From the NCBI RefSeq assembly GCF_006345805.1, contig NW_021832997.1, positions 8,237-72,236 on the forward strand: a stretch of DNA of 64,000 bases, given 5' to 3'. Below are positions 25,634-38,232 of this stretch, piece by piece. The notes beneath the pieces are model-generated. The model worked only from the letters and a program-made list of their open reading frames with translations, searched no databases and was not told where the DNA came from. The translations under genes and the position numbers were made by a program. The stretch is from Octopus sinensis (Eukaryota). Positions within the stretch are counted from its first letter, which is position 1. Each line of letters begins with the position of its first letter.

Positions 25634-26570
25634 CAGTTTCCGTCTCTCACCGAAATATAAAGATGCTTTTCTATTTCTCGGAGTGGTCGGCGTTAGGAAG
25701 GTATCCAGCTGTAGAAACTCTGCCAGATCAAGATTGGAACCTGGTGCAGCCATCAGGTTCGCCAGCCCTCGGTTGAATCGTCCAACCCAAGCTAGCATGG
25801 AAAGCGGACATTAAACGATGATGATTCCTAAGTGATTCTGTGTTATTTTCATCAACTGTGATCTTCGTCAATATCCGAAGATACTGCAAGCTCCATCGTT
25901 ATCCAAGTTTCATGAGAACGCGATATCATCTTCAGCGCATTCAAGACAGTGAAGTAGAGAAGTTTTACTACGTAATGCCAGTTAAATGAAATATTCCATT
26001 GCAATTTACCAAAGATTAATACAAACAGGGTAAAATTTGTTCTGTGTACAATTTTCCTTTAGACTTGGTAAATGGTCGATGGATCCAGAGTAAAAATGTC
26101 CTTTAATGCCAAGCCATCTGGAATATTCTGAAATAGCAGAGAAACGGTGTAAACTAGAGAGGATACTTAAAATGTTGTGTGTGTATCTTTTGATTCTGTC
26201 ATTGAAAAGTGTGCATTTTATGAAGAAAGACAAGAACGGTTACCAAGGAAATTCAAGTTTGCCTTTCGATTTGGTATTAAGGTTATGTCATACAACCTCG
26301 TGTAATCTCCATATTTCCAGACTACACATGTATCTTCCGTTTTGGAATTTGGCTTACAAGATTCTTTATAATATAAAGTTTATATGAATTCGTGTGTTGA
26401 AGCATATTATTGGAAGGAAGAGCAAGCCTTCTTCTATCATACTCTGAATTTTGGTCAACTTGTGCCGCAGGGTATATATTTCGGAATGGTCATTTTGCCA
26501 ATAGAAACACACGCACTATATATTTGGTGTTACTTTGCTTCAGTGTTATTTTTTACATTAATCTTATTTC

Positions 26571-28030
26571 GGCCAGAGTTCTTTCGTCACACTCCTGTGA
26601 CCGCATCGGTGGTCCTTTGTTTTCTTATTTGTGTCTCTCCTTACTAACCGTCAGCCATTTTGTATTTCTATTGTATGTCTTCATTTGCGCATGCTTATAT
26701 CTCTCGTTCGTGTGTTTACATCCGTATGTATAACAACAATACTAGTAATAATAATAAATCAAAAAAAAAAAAATTATATATTTGTCTATATTGTAACCAG
26801 TTTGTGGGGATCCTCTACCATCATATGTTGTGGTGGGTGCTAGTGTTCCATTGCAGTTTCCTATTCAGGCTAGGTTCATCTTCTATTATGTGTGTAGCTT
26901 CTGTAATTTGTCTGATTGTTGCATCTGTTCTATGTGTGGAGAATATTTTAATTTCTATGTTGTTGACTGATCCCCCGTGTTGGTACAGAATCGATGAGCT
27001 TTTACCTTCCTTGAGTTGTCTCCAATGTTCATTTACCCGCTCTCCTATGCTTCTTGCCTGGCTTTTCAACAACCTTAATCCTTAGCTTAAGTTTGTCTAG
27101 GGTCCTTCTAAAGCGGTATGCCAGTTCACCTCCAGGGGTGGTGTCAACGAACATGACACTCTGGTATTTATGGCGATCATATCAAGAGGTGGCCTCCCCT
27201 ATTTTCTTTTTTTGTCCTTTCTATAGTGTTCCATGACTTGTACCTATAGAGTGGGCAAATCCCATTCCTATCATTACATGATATATTATCAAATTTCTTT
27301 ATGGCTGTAACCTGAGAACTGCATGCGGTGAATGAAATAATGTATGTGTCTCTTTAATTCTGTAAGCTCGCATATGCGTGACACATTTCTCATTATTCTG
27401 ACGAGGTCTGCCATAAAAATATTGAATTTGGCTGAGTTCCGGTGGATCAAGTATTTTGAGGCCATAGTATGAATAAAGGATCTAGGTTTTATTATTCACA
27501 ATTTCTAGCCAGAGTTCAGTGTCTAGTACTGGTAGTCTATTGTGACCTTAATACTCTGGTGGATGGAGTTAGCTATTTGCTGGAATGCTCTCCATAGTAT
27601 TAGTTTCTATTATTATATCAACAGTACTCTCTTGTGGGGGTGCCTTTACCACTATGTTGATATCATCAACATAGCGAGAGTACATGTTTACAAGTATGGA
27701 GTTCTGTGTTAGGCGTTCTTTAAGCCTTCTGTCCCACCATACCATGAAAAGGTTGGCCACATCACCAGCGATACTAACGCCGATGGCTGCCCCCTCGTCC
27801 TGGGCATATATTTTATTGTTAAACTTAAACGTGTGGCCTTTTAGGGTAACTCTTATACTAGCTCCTAATGCATGTGCGATCATTTTCTTTACCTGATGGA
27901 CATTTGCGGGGCTCTGGTCCATCCGCGCCATATATATTTGCTAATCCTAGAAGATTGATGCGAAGAAGTGAATAAATTATCCGCAAGTCAAAGATGTGTC
28001 CTTAATGCTTGCAACAATCCAGACTCTGCT
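26571..28030 (-). mobile_element. Penelope-like retroelement remnant (Naiad-type): RT core, thumb and endonuclease C-terminus
   Basis: YAQDEGAAIGVSIAGDVANLFMVWWD...YSRYVDD; SKYLIHRNSA...LVRIMRNVS; ERVNEH...SILYQH...DATIRQITEATHI...LNRKLQWN. Confidence 0.88.
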
Positions 28031-30402
28031 AAATTCACACTAAGGGAATATTAACCAAGGTGGACATAGCAAATGTAAATACAACAACAAAATATTTCCT
28101 CTTTTATTTTTTTGTTTTATTCATTTCAAAATCATTCAATCTGTCACAGTGGACAATGATGCTGTCAGTCTGCAATATCTTCTCCTCCACACTCAGGCAC
28201 TAAAGAAACGGAACAGGGGCTGATGTGGCAGAGATGAATTTCAATGGCTTGTGAGAGGTCGTATTGATGGCAGGGGTGGAGTGGGGGGAGAACTGAGAGA
28301 TATTGTTGACAGGGAGGTGTTAGAGAAATAGATCCAAAGACCTAGTCTTCAGCAGTGAATCAAAGGCTAATTAACTAATAATAATTATGGCAGGGGAATT
28401 GCTGATTACATCAACTCTGATACTTAATTTATTGACCTCGATGGGATTTGAACTCAGGTGTCATTTTGCCTGGTGTGATAATGTTTCCCGACTTAATGAT
28501 AATAATCCTTTCTAATATAGGCACAAGGCCTGGAATTTGTGGAGGGGAGTGGATTGCGCCGACCCTAGTGTTTTATTACTACTTAATTTATTGCAGAACA
28601 TAGCAACAGATGGAACACTAGGAAGCATTTTGTCTGCTAGCTCGCCGCTTTATTGACGATAATAGCAACTTGTAATGTTTTGTAAAGATAAATAAAGGAC
28701 AAACAATCATTATAGGATGGTGTGAGGTAGAAAATGTGCTGTGTGTGTATAAAGTCATGTACAAGTCTATGCACCCTTTCATTACCAGCCTGGATCTGCA
28801 GTACAAATGTCTTGTTTTGAATTAAAATCTTCCACTAAGCTTTAGTCACAATTTCTGTTCCTAACACTAGCTGAAATTCTTTGTTATATTTAAAATTAAT
28901 TGAAAGAAACACAGTGCATCTTAGAAGGTTTAAGATATATATTAGAAAAATAATTCTTAACCCTTTTGATACCACCTCTGGCTCAGTAGTACAAGTGTCT
29001 TGTTTTGAATTAACATCATAGATACATGGAAATTTTAAAATGTGTGTGATTGTATATATGCAATGTGTGTGAATGTATTAGGCTGTCAAGAAAGTTCTTG
29101 TGGAATTTTTGACTTTATTTATCATTTTAAAACCCGTTTTCCATTCTATCTAATCGTGTTACTCTTTTCGAATAACGAGGCCGTTTTTTTCCGGAATGTT
29201 GTGGACAAAAAGCAAATTTGCACAATTTTCTTATTCCAGTTCTAGCTTGGCCAAGAAGCTGCTGAGAACAGCTCGCGATATCAACGATGCGTTTGGCCCA
29301 GTTTCCACCACACAAATTGATTAACAACCAAAACAAAATGCTGTTTTGAAGTGTTGTCTTCCCTTCTTTTATGTAACAAGAACGACCGGATTGTGACAGT
29401 CAGCTCAGTGGTTGGATGCTGACGAAGCTCCACGGCACTTCCCGAAGCCAAAGTCGCCCCAAAAGAAGGCCATGTGTTACTGTTTGGTGGTCTCATGGAT
29501 CCAGGTGGAGAGGTACTGTCAGCAAATGGATGAATTGCATAGGAAACTCTGACAACAACAGCCAGCATTGGTCAATAGAAAGGGACCATGGCTACACTGT
29601 TTATTTCTAAAGTTTTGTGTGCATCTGAATTTAAAGGTTCAAAATCACATGAACTTTCTTGACAACGTAGTGTGTGTGTATTTGGTTTGCAAGATTCTTT
29701 TTGTGTGTTGAAGCGTATTTTATGGTCCGGCAAGTGTCTTCTACTATAGCCTTGAGTGTGGATTTGGTAGACAGAAACAGTAAGAAGCCTGTTGTGTGTG
29801 TGTATATGTTTACATCCCGGCAAAAGAGACCGATAGAATAAGTCCTGGGGTCGACTAAACGCGGTGCCACAGTCAAATGATTGAGAAGATTTAGCTATTT
29901 ATGATGAAGAAGAATGTGTGGTTATTAAGCTGAAAATACCTCACTTGGAGCACTAAAACTCCTGACTGTATTTTATTTGCAAATGTTGGTAATCTCAAAG
30001 TAAATCCGTGTATTTTATAATAATATATATATATAGGTACACACATACATATATATATATATGTTCATATACAGACATAATTTATATAAGTACAATTTGT
30101 GCGCAATTAAGCTAGCAGCACCGAGTCGAACAAACCTATCCGTAATACAATGATGATGATGTTCTTACCTGTTATATAGGAATGTAAGTATTTTTGTTAG
30201 TGTGTTCTGAATACTTTTATTTTAATAAATGTTGCTTACTACAAGCTATGGATGATTTTTTTTTTATGACTTCATTGCTTAGAAAATGTATGGTGTACCT
30301 TTTAAAACACCTGCTGTCTACCTTATAACAAGGATCATACTTACTGGGAATGCCTCTGAATACATCTCTCCCTTAGAGGGTTTAAACACCTCTGACATAT
30401 AT

Positions 30403-30748
30403 ATCTCTCTCTATATAAACGGCAGTGTGTCTGTTAGGTTGTACCCTCACCCTGACCACGGCTTTCAACCGATTCTGATGAAACTTGGCACACACATAGC
30501 CCAATGTCATAATTCAAAACTAACGCAGCGAAAATTTTGAAAAGTTCCCCCAGTTCTGAAAAAAATTGATAAATTCGACATGGGGTCGAGAATCAGAAAC
30601 ACAAACCACAGATGGTCTAGGGAACGCAACTCGACCTTTTTAACTATCAAAAAAAAATTTACCATCATTTTTTCCCCTATAACTCTCTAAAAATGCTTTA
30701 TAGTTATTTCCCTTACAAACCCGAGCAACGCCGGGCGATACTGCTAGT
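30403..30748 (-). mobile_element. Non-autonomous Helitron-like element, full length
   Basis: Reverse complement of 32749-33110; absent from block 1. Confidence 0.65.
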
Positions 30749-30818
30749 ATTATTATGAAATGTAATACATATACACACAGGTTATCCCTGCAGATGACAG
30801 CATGTGGCCAAGCAGTGT

Positions 30819-32023
30819 TTACTCAACAAGAGATGTATTTTTAATTTTACCAGGATTTATATCTCTGGTCAACCCATTTTGCATACTTGCTCCAAATTTG
30901 AAATTCTTCCCTGCCTTGTTCCTCCTCGACTTTAAAATCCGCAGAAGTGCCTGGCTGCGCTCTTTCTGTATGAGAGTGATGATAACGTTCTCCTTCGGCG
31001 CCTCTTCATCACCCTCCTCGCTGTCAACATCCCGACGGTCGTGAAGCTCTTCCCCGTTGCATTTAGACGTAACCTTTTCTCGGCTGTCATTGATGTCCGT
31101 GTCTTGGGTGGACAGCTTCCTTTTGAACGCTTTCGTCCTGTGTTTGTTTGGATTCTTTGTTGCATTAAAACCTGGCACTTGTACGACAGCACCTGCAGTT
31201 GTTGCGTTCCGTTTGTCAGGAAGAGTGCCGAATGCTTGAAAGAATATGGCGAAGGGATCTTTAAACAGTTCTGCTTTTTACCTGAGAATTGCTGCCCCTG
31301 TTTTCTTTCATGTTCGCTTCTTATCAAATACGATTGGTTCATTTTATTTGATACAGTTTCTCTCATCATTTTTGTTGTAGGTATTGCTGCTGTTGTTGTT
31401 CTCGTCGAAGTCAACAAACTTTGGTCGGCTTCCAGAGAGTCGCGGCACTTTACTGGGTGGTATGGAACTAAAGGCTCGGAAGATTTGAATTTATTAACGA
31501 ATTGCGAAAAACCCCAGAATGAAAACTGGTCCGGCGCTGTTGAAACGATCACAAAAGCTTCCATATCGTCTTCAGAAAATTTTACAGCGTCTTTCACAAA
31601 AGAAAGAATTTTGTTCGCTTTCTCTGAGCGACCTTCGTTTGACAATTCTGTCTGTTCAACTTTTGAAATAACAGGAAATTGTTTATTGTTAAGGAATTTG
31701 TCAGCAGAGAGAAGAGATTCTTTGGTAGATCCGTTGCCAGGCATAAAGTTTCTGTGGTTCTGTGTAAGGTCCAAAGCTTGGTCCTCGACCTGGTGGAATT
31801 GGTTGAGATTAGGGACGGCAATGATTGATGCAGTACCATACAGAGATGGAAAAGCATGATTATTATTGTTGTTAGTGGAATAAGTCCAGCCGATGCAATT
31901 TGGGGAATTTTTATCATCGTAGCTTTTGTCTCTGTCAGCAAACCCGCCAGTGTGGTCGATGGTTTTGGAAGATGCAATGGTGTCGCACTGGGATGGCTTG
32001 TCATTCTTTCTCGTTGTGCTTGT
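30819..32023 (-). pseudogene. Large terminal exon of an uncharacterised gene, with a 13-bp deletion frameshift near 31213
   Basis: Acceptor ttcctttttccttaattacag| at 32024; phase-0 frame open for about 270 codons (TSTTRKNDK...EDQALDLTQ...HSALFLTN); C-terminal part in a second frame (VPGFNATK...KNTSLVE*). Confidence 0.7.
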
Positions 32024-32129
32024 CTGTAATTAAGGAAAAAGGAATAAAACAATTTTACTGATATGAAAAAAAATAATGATGATGAAATTGTGTTCAGGTG
32101 CGTATAAAACTTATGTAGAGAGACAGATA

Positions 32130-32585
32130 TGTTAGTTAGTTAATTTGGCTCAAAAGCAAATAGCAAGGCCATGTAGGGGGACATGGAGTTAAGTACAGGG
32201 TGGTGTTCAGGCCACTTGAGGTCAAAGGAGACTTTGAACAAAGCGGCATCTTCACTATCTCGCCCGGCAGCTTATTCCACGGATCCGCAACCCGGACGGA
32301 GAAAGCCCCTCTCCTTCGATTGAGATGAAATCGTCGCAGATAGAGCTTTTCGGAATGACCCCGCAGCCGACGCTCTGGAGCAGGAGTGAAGAACAGCTCT
32401 TTCGAGAGGTTACACTTTCCGCTTATGATGTTGTGAGCAAGAATGAGATCACCACAGCGTCGTCGTTTTTCTAGAGAATAAAGGTCGAGCGTCTTCAGCC
32501 TTTCTTCATAAGACAAATTCTTGAGACCAAGAACCATGCGGGTAGCCAGCTTCTGGACTCTTTCGAGATGCTGTATGTCTTTGAG
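32130..32585 (-). mobile_element. CR1-clade LINE 3' end
   Basis: DIQHLERVQKLATRMVLGLKNLSYEERLKTLDLYSLEKRRRCGDLI...LRGHSEKL...FSVRVADPWNKLP; (CTAA)n tail; absent from block 1. Confidence 0.92.
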
Positions 32586-32748
32586 GATATATGTATATAG
32601 AGAAGGAAAGGGAGACAAAAAGATATATGTATATAGAAAGAGCAACATAAAATGAAGTGTTTTGCTCAAGAACACAATGTGTTGCCCAGGAATCGAAACC
32701 ACGATCATGAGTTCAACACCCTAACCCCGTGCCTCCACTTATATATAT

Positions 32749-33110
32749 ACTAGCAGTATCGCCCGGCGTTGCTCAGGTTTGTAAGGGAAATAACTATAAA
32801 GCGTTTTTAGAGAGCTATAGCCAAAAAAATGGAAAAAACTGATGGTAAATTTTTTTGAGAGTAAAAAAAGGTGGAGTTGCGTCCCCTAGACAGTTTGCGG
32901 TTTGTGTTTCTGATTCTCGACCCCATGTCGAATTTATCGATTTTTTTCAGAACTGGGGGAACTTTTCAAAATTTTCGCTGCGTTAGTTTTGAATTATGAC
33001 ATTGGGCTATGTGTGTGTCAAGTTTCATCAGAATCGGTTGAAAGCCGTGGTCAGGGTGAGAGTACAAGCAAACAGACACACAGACAAACTGCCGTTTATA
33101 TATAGAGAGA
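32749..33110 (+). mobile_element. Non-autonomous Helitron-like (HINE/DINE-type) element, full length
   Basis: 5' actagc...cccggcgttgctc hairpin; 3' acagacaaactgccgtttatatatagaga; no TIR. Confidence 0.65.
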
Positions 33111-35969
33111 AGAGATAATAAGGATGAAAAATTTAATGTTAATTTTATTAATATCAATTTAGAACCAGTGGTCTAGCACAGTGCTTTTCAAACTTTTTGC
33201 TAGAGCGGAGCCCCTGTGCAATAGTCTTATCTGCACAGGAGAATTAAAAATTACTGACGATTTTAGCAATTTTGTAACTTCTTGTGGAACCCTAACGTTC
33301 CGCAGAACCCTGGTTGAAAACCACTGATATAGAGAAAGGAAGAGAAGGTCAATACAGTAAAATTTATAGCACACAGAGCTGGGGGTCAGTAGTGTAGTGA
33401 AAGCATGTGATAAAGATAAGACTACTGAATGATGATGTAACTCGAATGTAGAGCCTAAAAACAGAAACAATTCCCATTATAGTAAGAACATTAGGTGTGA
33501 TAACAAAGAACTTCTGACAAATACGTGACAGAAACTAGCACTGCCCACATCCTACGCAAAACACTTTCAATACAGTAACCAAAAGAACATCACAGAGCTG
33601 CGCTCGGTAGTTAAGTCAAAGCAAGCTATAAAACTATTGAATAATAATAATAGTTTTAAATAAGGTGGTGAGCTGACAGAGTCGTTACTATGTCAGACAA
33701 AATGCTTAGCGTCATTTCTTCCAATTTTACATTCAGAGTTCAAATTCTACCGAGGTCGTCTTTGCCGTTCATCCTTTTGGAATCGACAAATTAAGGGCCA
33801 GTGAAATACTGGGGGGGAGGGGGGTTGTAATCAACTTTGCCCTTCTCCCAGAGTTGCTGGCCTTGTGCCATAATTTGAAACTGATGATAGTTTCAAAGTT
33901 TGAAACAAGGCCAACAAGTTTTAGGGGAGCGTCGGTTATGTTGACCCTAGAACAAGGAAAGGAAACTCAAACTTATCCAAAATGTCAACAGTTCTGTCTG
34001 TTTGCTGCCTTGATGATGAGAATAATAATTTATTTCTTTATTACCCACAGGGGACATACAAAGAAATTAAGTTGATTACATCGACTCCAGTCTGTAACTG
34101 GTACTTATTTAATTGACCCACGAAGGGATGAAAGGCAAAGTCGACCTCTGCGGGATTTGAAATCAAATTCAATGGGTGGCATCTGTGCTAGTGGAGCGCT
34201 GAGAGCACCATCCGAGCGTGATCGTTGCCAGAGCAACAAACTGGCTTCCGTGCTGGTGGCAAGTAAAAAGCACCATTCAAGCGTGATCGTTGCCAGTACC
34301 ACCTGACTGGCCCTCATGCCAGTGGCACGTAAAAGCACCCACTACACTCTCAGAGTGGTTGGCATTAGGAAGGGCATCCAGGTGTAGAAAGTCTGCCAGA
34401 TCAGATTGGAGCCTGGTTCGCCAGACCTCAGTCAAATCTTCCAGCATGGAAAGCGGACGTTGATGATAATGATTATAATTTGTTTATTGGCCACGAGGGG
34501 TTACATTAAAACAATAATTATAATCTTTTCTACTCTAGGTACAAGGCCTGGATTTTGTGGGGAGTGAGACAGCCAATCACTTCGACCACAATACTCAACT
34601 GGAACTTAATTTATGTAAGGGGCAAAGGTGAACTCAGAACATAAAGGCAGACGAAATACCACCAAGCATTTCGCCAGGTGTGCTAACGATTCTGCCATAA
34701 TAGTAATTTCTACTCTAGGTACAAGGCCCTGAAAATTTTTGGGGAAAGGGTATGGTCGAATACATTGAGACCAGTGCTTGTTTCGACCCTGAAAGGCAAA
34801 GCTGACCTTGGCGGAATTTGAACTCAGAATACTGCTAACCAGTTTACCTGGCATGCTAATGATTCTGCCAGCTTGCTTGCCTATAATGGTTTCAAATTTT
34901 GGCACAAGGGCAGCTATTTTGGGGAAGGGGATAAGTCGATTACTTCAACCCCAGTGTTTCACTGGTGCTTAATTTATCACCCCCTCGAAAGGATGATAGC
35001 CATAAAAAAAAAACATGCCAAAACAACAGCAGAACTTGGGGTAGTTCTCTGGCTTGCCAGCTCTTGTTAAGTGTATATATAGGAGTGGTAAGTAGCTTGT
35101 TTACCAACAACATGGTTCCAGGTTCAGTCCCACTGCGTGGCACCTTGGGCAAGTGTCTTCTACTATAGCCTCGGGCCGACCAAAGCCTTGTGAGTGGATT
35201 TGGTAGACGGAGACTGAAAGAAGCCCGTCGTATGTGTGTTTATGTCCCCATTACTTAGTGGTTCGGCAAAAGAGACCGATAGAATAAGTACCAGACTTAC
35301 AAAGAATAAGTCCTGGGGTCGAGTTGCTCGATTAAAGGCGGTACTCCAGCATGACTGAAACAAGTAAAAGAGTTTATAGGATTTGGGTAAGTATTTCTTT
35401 AAATATAAGAAAGAATTTAGTAAAATAACTTAGTTATCATTAAGCTAGTGTTAGGAACATAAATTGTGACTAAGGTTTGGTGGAAGATTTTAATTCAAAA
35501 CTTATGCAAACAAGACATTTGTAGCCAGATCCGGTTTCAGCCAGGTTGGTATCAAAAAGATGAAAGGTAACGTGAAACTCTAAGTAACAGTTTTTGTAAT
35601 GTCTTTGCAGCTTTTTAATAAAATATATCTGTAAAGTGTGTCTTTGTGTTTATACCACTTGACAACTGATGTTAGTGTCTTTACATCCCTATAACTTAGT
35701 AGTTCGGCAAAAGTGACTGATAGAATAGGCGTTTAAGAAACCATAAGCCCTGGGGTAGATTTTATTCAACTAAAAACCATTGAAGGTGGTGCTCCAGCAT
35801 GGCCACCGACTAATGACTGAAACGAGTAATAGATTACTACACGTGACCCTCCCTTAAGGTAACAGAGTTCGATTTGAGGGAGACGTGGCTGTGATTTCTA
35901 GAGGTCTGAGCGAATTGGACATACTGAAAGTTGGAGTTTTCTTGATTGTGTAATTTAAGTGTGACTTAC

Positions 35970-36145
35970 CTTGACCCTGTTGACGAGGTTCTTTTGGGGC
36001 GGGACCCAATTGACATTTGGGGGTACGTGCCTTCCCGTCACGTCGACCTCCCAGTTGCCAATGTTGTGGAGGTACATCCGCATGTTGACACGGAACGAAC
36101 AACGATGGCCACTTTTCGCTCGTTTCTCATCTTTCTTCAGGCAAT
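35970..36145 (-). CDS. Internal coding exon with C-x13-C-x23-H motif (WRKY/GCM-fold-like, tentative)
   Basis: Acceptor tttctgtttttctcttttccacag| and donor aag|gtaagt; 176 nt, open: CLKKDEKRAKSGHRCSFRVNMRMYLHNIGNWEVDVTGRHVPPNVNWVPPQKNLVNRVK; phase 0 matches the exon at 32023. Confidence 0.7.
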
Positions 36146-37231
36146 CTGTGGAAAAGAGAAAAACAGAAATGAATAGAAATATACAAGAAGGGCAGGTCTG
36201 GTTGTATATTTATATACATCCAGATCATAGTGGTGCAGTCTCCTGGCTTACCAGCCCTCGGTTGAACCGTCCAACCTATGCCAGCATGGAAAGCAAACAT
36301 TAAACTATGAGGATCGACGAGATGAGATCTTTTGCTCAAGAACATAAGACACTGCCTGGTCCATGATTTTGCGATCATGTGGATGTACACATGTTACAAG
36401 TATACATGTATGGCCGTTTGCCAGCCCTGTCTGGCACATAATAAGGACTCATGGAGTGGTTGGCGTTAGGAAGGGCATCCAGCCGTAGAAACATTGCCTG
36501 ATCAGACTGGGCCTGGTGCAGCCTTCTGGCCTCCCAGACCCCAGTTGAACCGTCCAACCCATGCCAGCATGGAAAGCGGACATTAAACGACGATGATGAT
36601 GATGTGTGTGTGTGTATACATATATATGTGGCACGTAAAAAGCACCATCCGAAGCCAGTGCCGCCTCGACTGGCTTCCATAAAATGCACCAATCCGACTG
36701 TGGCCGTTGCCAGCCTCGCCTGGCACCAGTGCAGGTGGCACGTAAAAAGCACCCACTACACTCACGGAGTGGTTGGCGTTAGGAAGGGCATCCAGCTGTA
36801 GAAACACTGCCAGATCAGACTGGGCCTGGTGCAGCCTTCTGGCCTCCCAGACCCCAGTTGAACCGTCCAACCCATGCCAGCATGGGAAGCAAACATTACA
36901 TGATGATCCAGCCAGCAAACGGTAACAGGTATGCTGAGGTAGACCTCACAGGTACTGATACCATGCGAAAATCACTCAGATCACTCTGCAAAAAAAGGTT
37001 CATCTTAGAAAAGGTGTTCAGCCTTAAAAGCTATGCCAAAGCAGACCTTACCAGTGCTGCTGCCACATAAAAAGACCCAGTCGGCGCAGGAGTGGCTGTG
37101 TGGTAAGTAGCTTGTTTACCAACCACATGGTTCTGGGCAGGTCTGGTGAGGCGGTTGTATATCTATATACATCCAGATCATATTGGCACGTGGTCGAACT
37201 GTCCAACCCATGCCAGAATGGAAAGCAAACA

Positions 37232-37432
37232 TTAACCATTTTGTTACCATATTTCTGCTGAGATGCTCTGTGTTTCTTTCAATTATAACAAAGAATTTAG
37301 TAAAATAACTTAGTTATCATTAAGTTAGTGTTAGGAACATAAATTGTGACTAAGGTTTTAATTCAAAACTTATGAAAACAAGACATTTGTACTCAGAGGT
37401 GGTTTCAGTCGGGTTGGTATCAAAAGGGTTAA
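37232..37432. mobile_element. piggyBac-like MITE
   Basis: ttaa-cc...aaaggg-ttaa ends. Related pieces at 15060-15260, 28800-28980 and 35400-35570. Confidence 0.55.
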
Positions 37433-38068
37433 ACAACGACAATAATGATGATCCAGCCTGCCAATGGTAACAGGCAGACCACATGGGTACAGACACCATG
37501 CAAAAAGCACCCAGATCGCTCTGCAAAAAAAAGGGTTCATCTTAGAAAAGGTGTTCAGCCTTAAAAGCTATGCCAAACAGACCTCACCAGTGCTGGTTCC
37601 ACATAAAAAGCACCCAGTCCTCTCTGTAAAAGTGCCAGCATTAGGAAGGGCATCCAGCTGTAAAAGCCCTAAAGTAGACCTCTTTGGTGCTGGTACCATG
37701 TAAGAAGTAACCAGTCCACTCTGGATGGCATTAGGAAGGGTATCCAGTTATAGAAGCCATGCCAAAGCAGACCTCTCTGGTGCCATGTAAAAAAGCACCC
37801 AGTCCACTTTGTAATGTGGGCACCCAGCCCTAAAAAAAGAGCTGGCAAGAGAACTGCCCCAAATTCCCCTGTTGTTTTGGCATGTTTTTTCTTTTTTTAT
37901 GGCTGGGTGCCCTTCCTGATATTTCTGCTTGAGCACCTCCATGCTGAATCTGTCTGATACGTAATGGAAAATAGGCCTCAGTTTCAAAACATTGATGTCA
38001 AGGTCTGAAAGGAATTATTATCATTTCTGTTGATTACTCGAAAAAAGCCAATAGGAAATAACACTTAC

Positions 38069-38232
38069 TAAACAAAACTTTAAAATTTGTTACAGTGGTA
38101 GCGGTGACAGGCGCAAACATTGTTTTTGCCTTTGATTTAATCTACAAAACCACTTTCCCCACATCCTTGTGTCTGGAATTTCCGTCCAGGAAGAAATATA
38201 CGAACAGGGAACGACCTGCATAAATTCCCTTA
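38069..38232 (-). pseudogene. Candidate upstream exon of the same gene, one in-frame TAG
   Basis: Acceptor actttatttctgtag|, donor tta|gtaagt; frame KGIYAGRSLFVYFFLDGNSRHKDVGKVVL*IKSKAKTMFAPVTATTVTNFKVLF ends in phase 1, matching the exon at 36145. Confidence 0.5.

Larger units (their letters stand above)
26420..35400 (+). repeat. Segmental duplication block 2 (direct copy of 12700-19480)
   Basis: Collinear with block 1; additionally carries a CR1 insertion and two Helitron-like insertions. Confidence 0.9.

Noticed and set aside
25634-25798. 55-aa N-terminal extension of zinc-finger gene B (MLAWVGRFNRG...)
   Set aside because: Mostly antisense read-through of an inserted S4 SINE; the ATG at 25633 is the more plausible start
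27395-27420. ctgacgagg hammerhead-like core
   Set aside because: No stem II or GAAA follows; it is the antisense strand of Penelope coding sequence
31041-31859. 272-aa and 176-aa plus-strand hydrophobic/Cys-rich ORFs (also 16806-17336)
   Set aside because: Antisense shadows of the minus-strand exon, which has the splice acceptor and phase continuity
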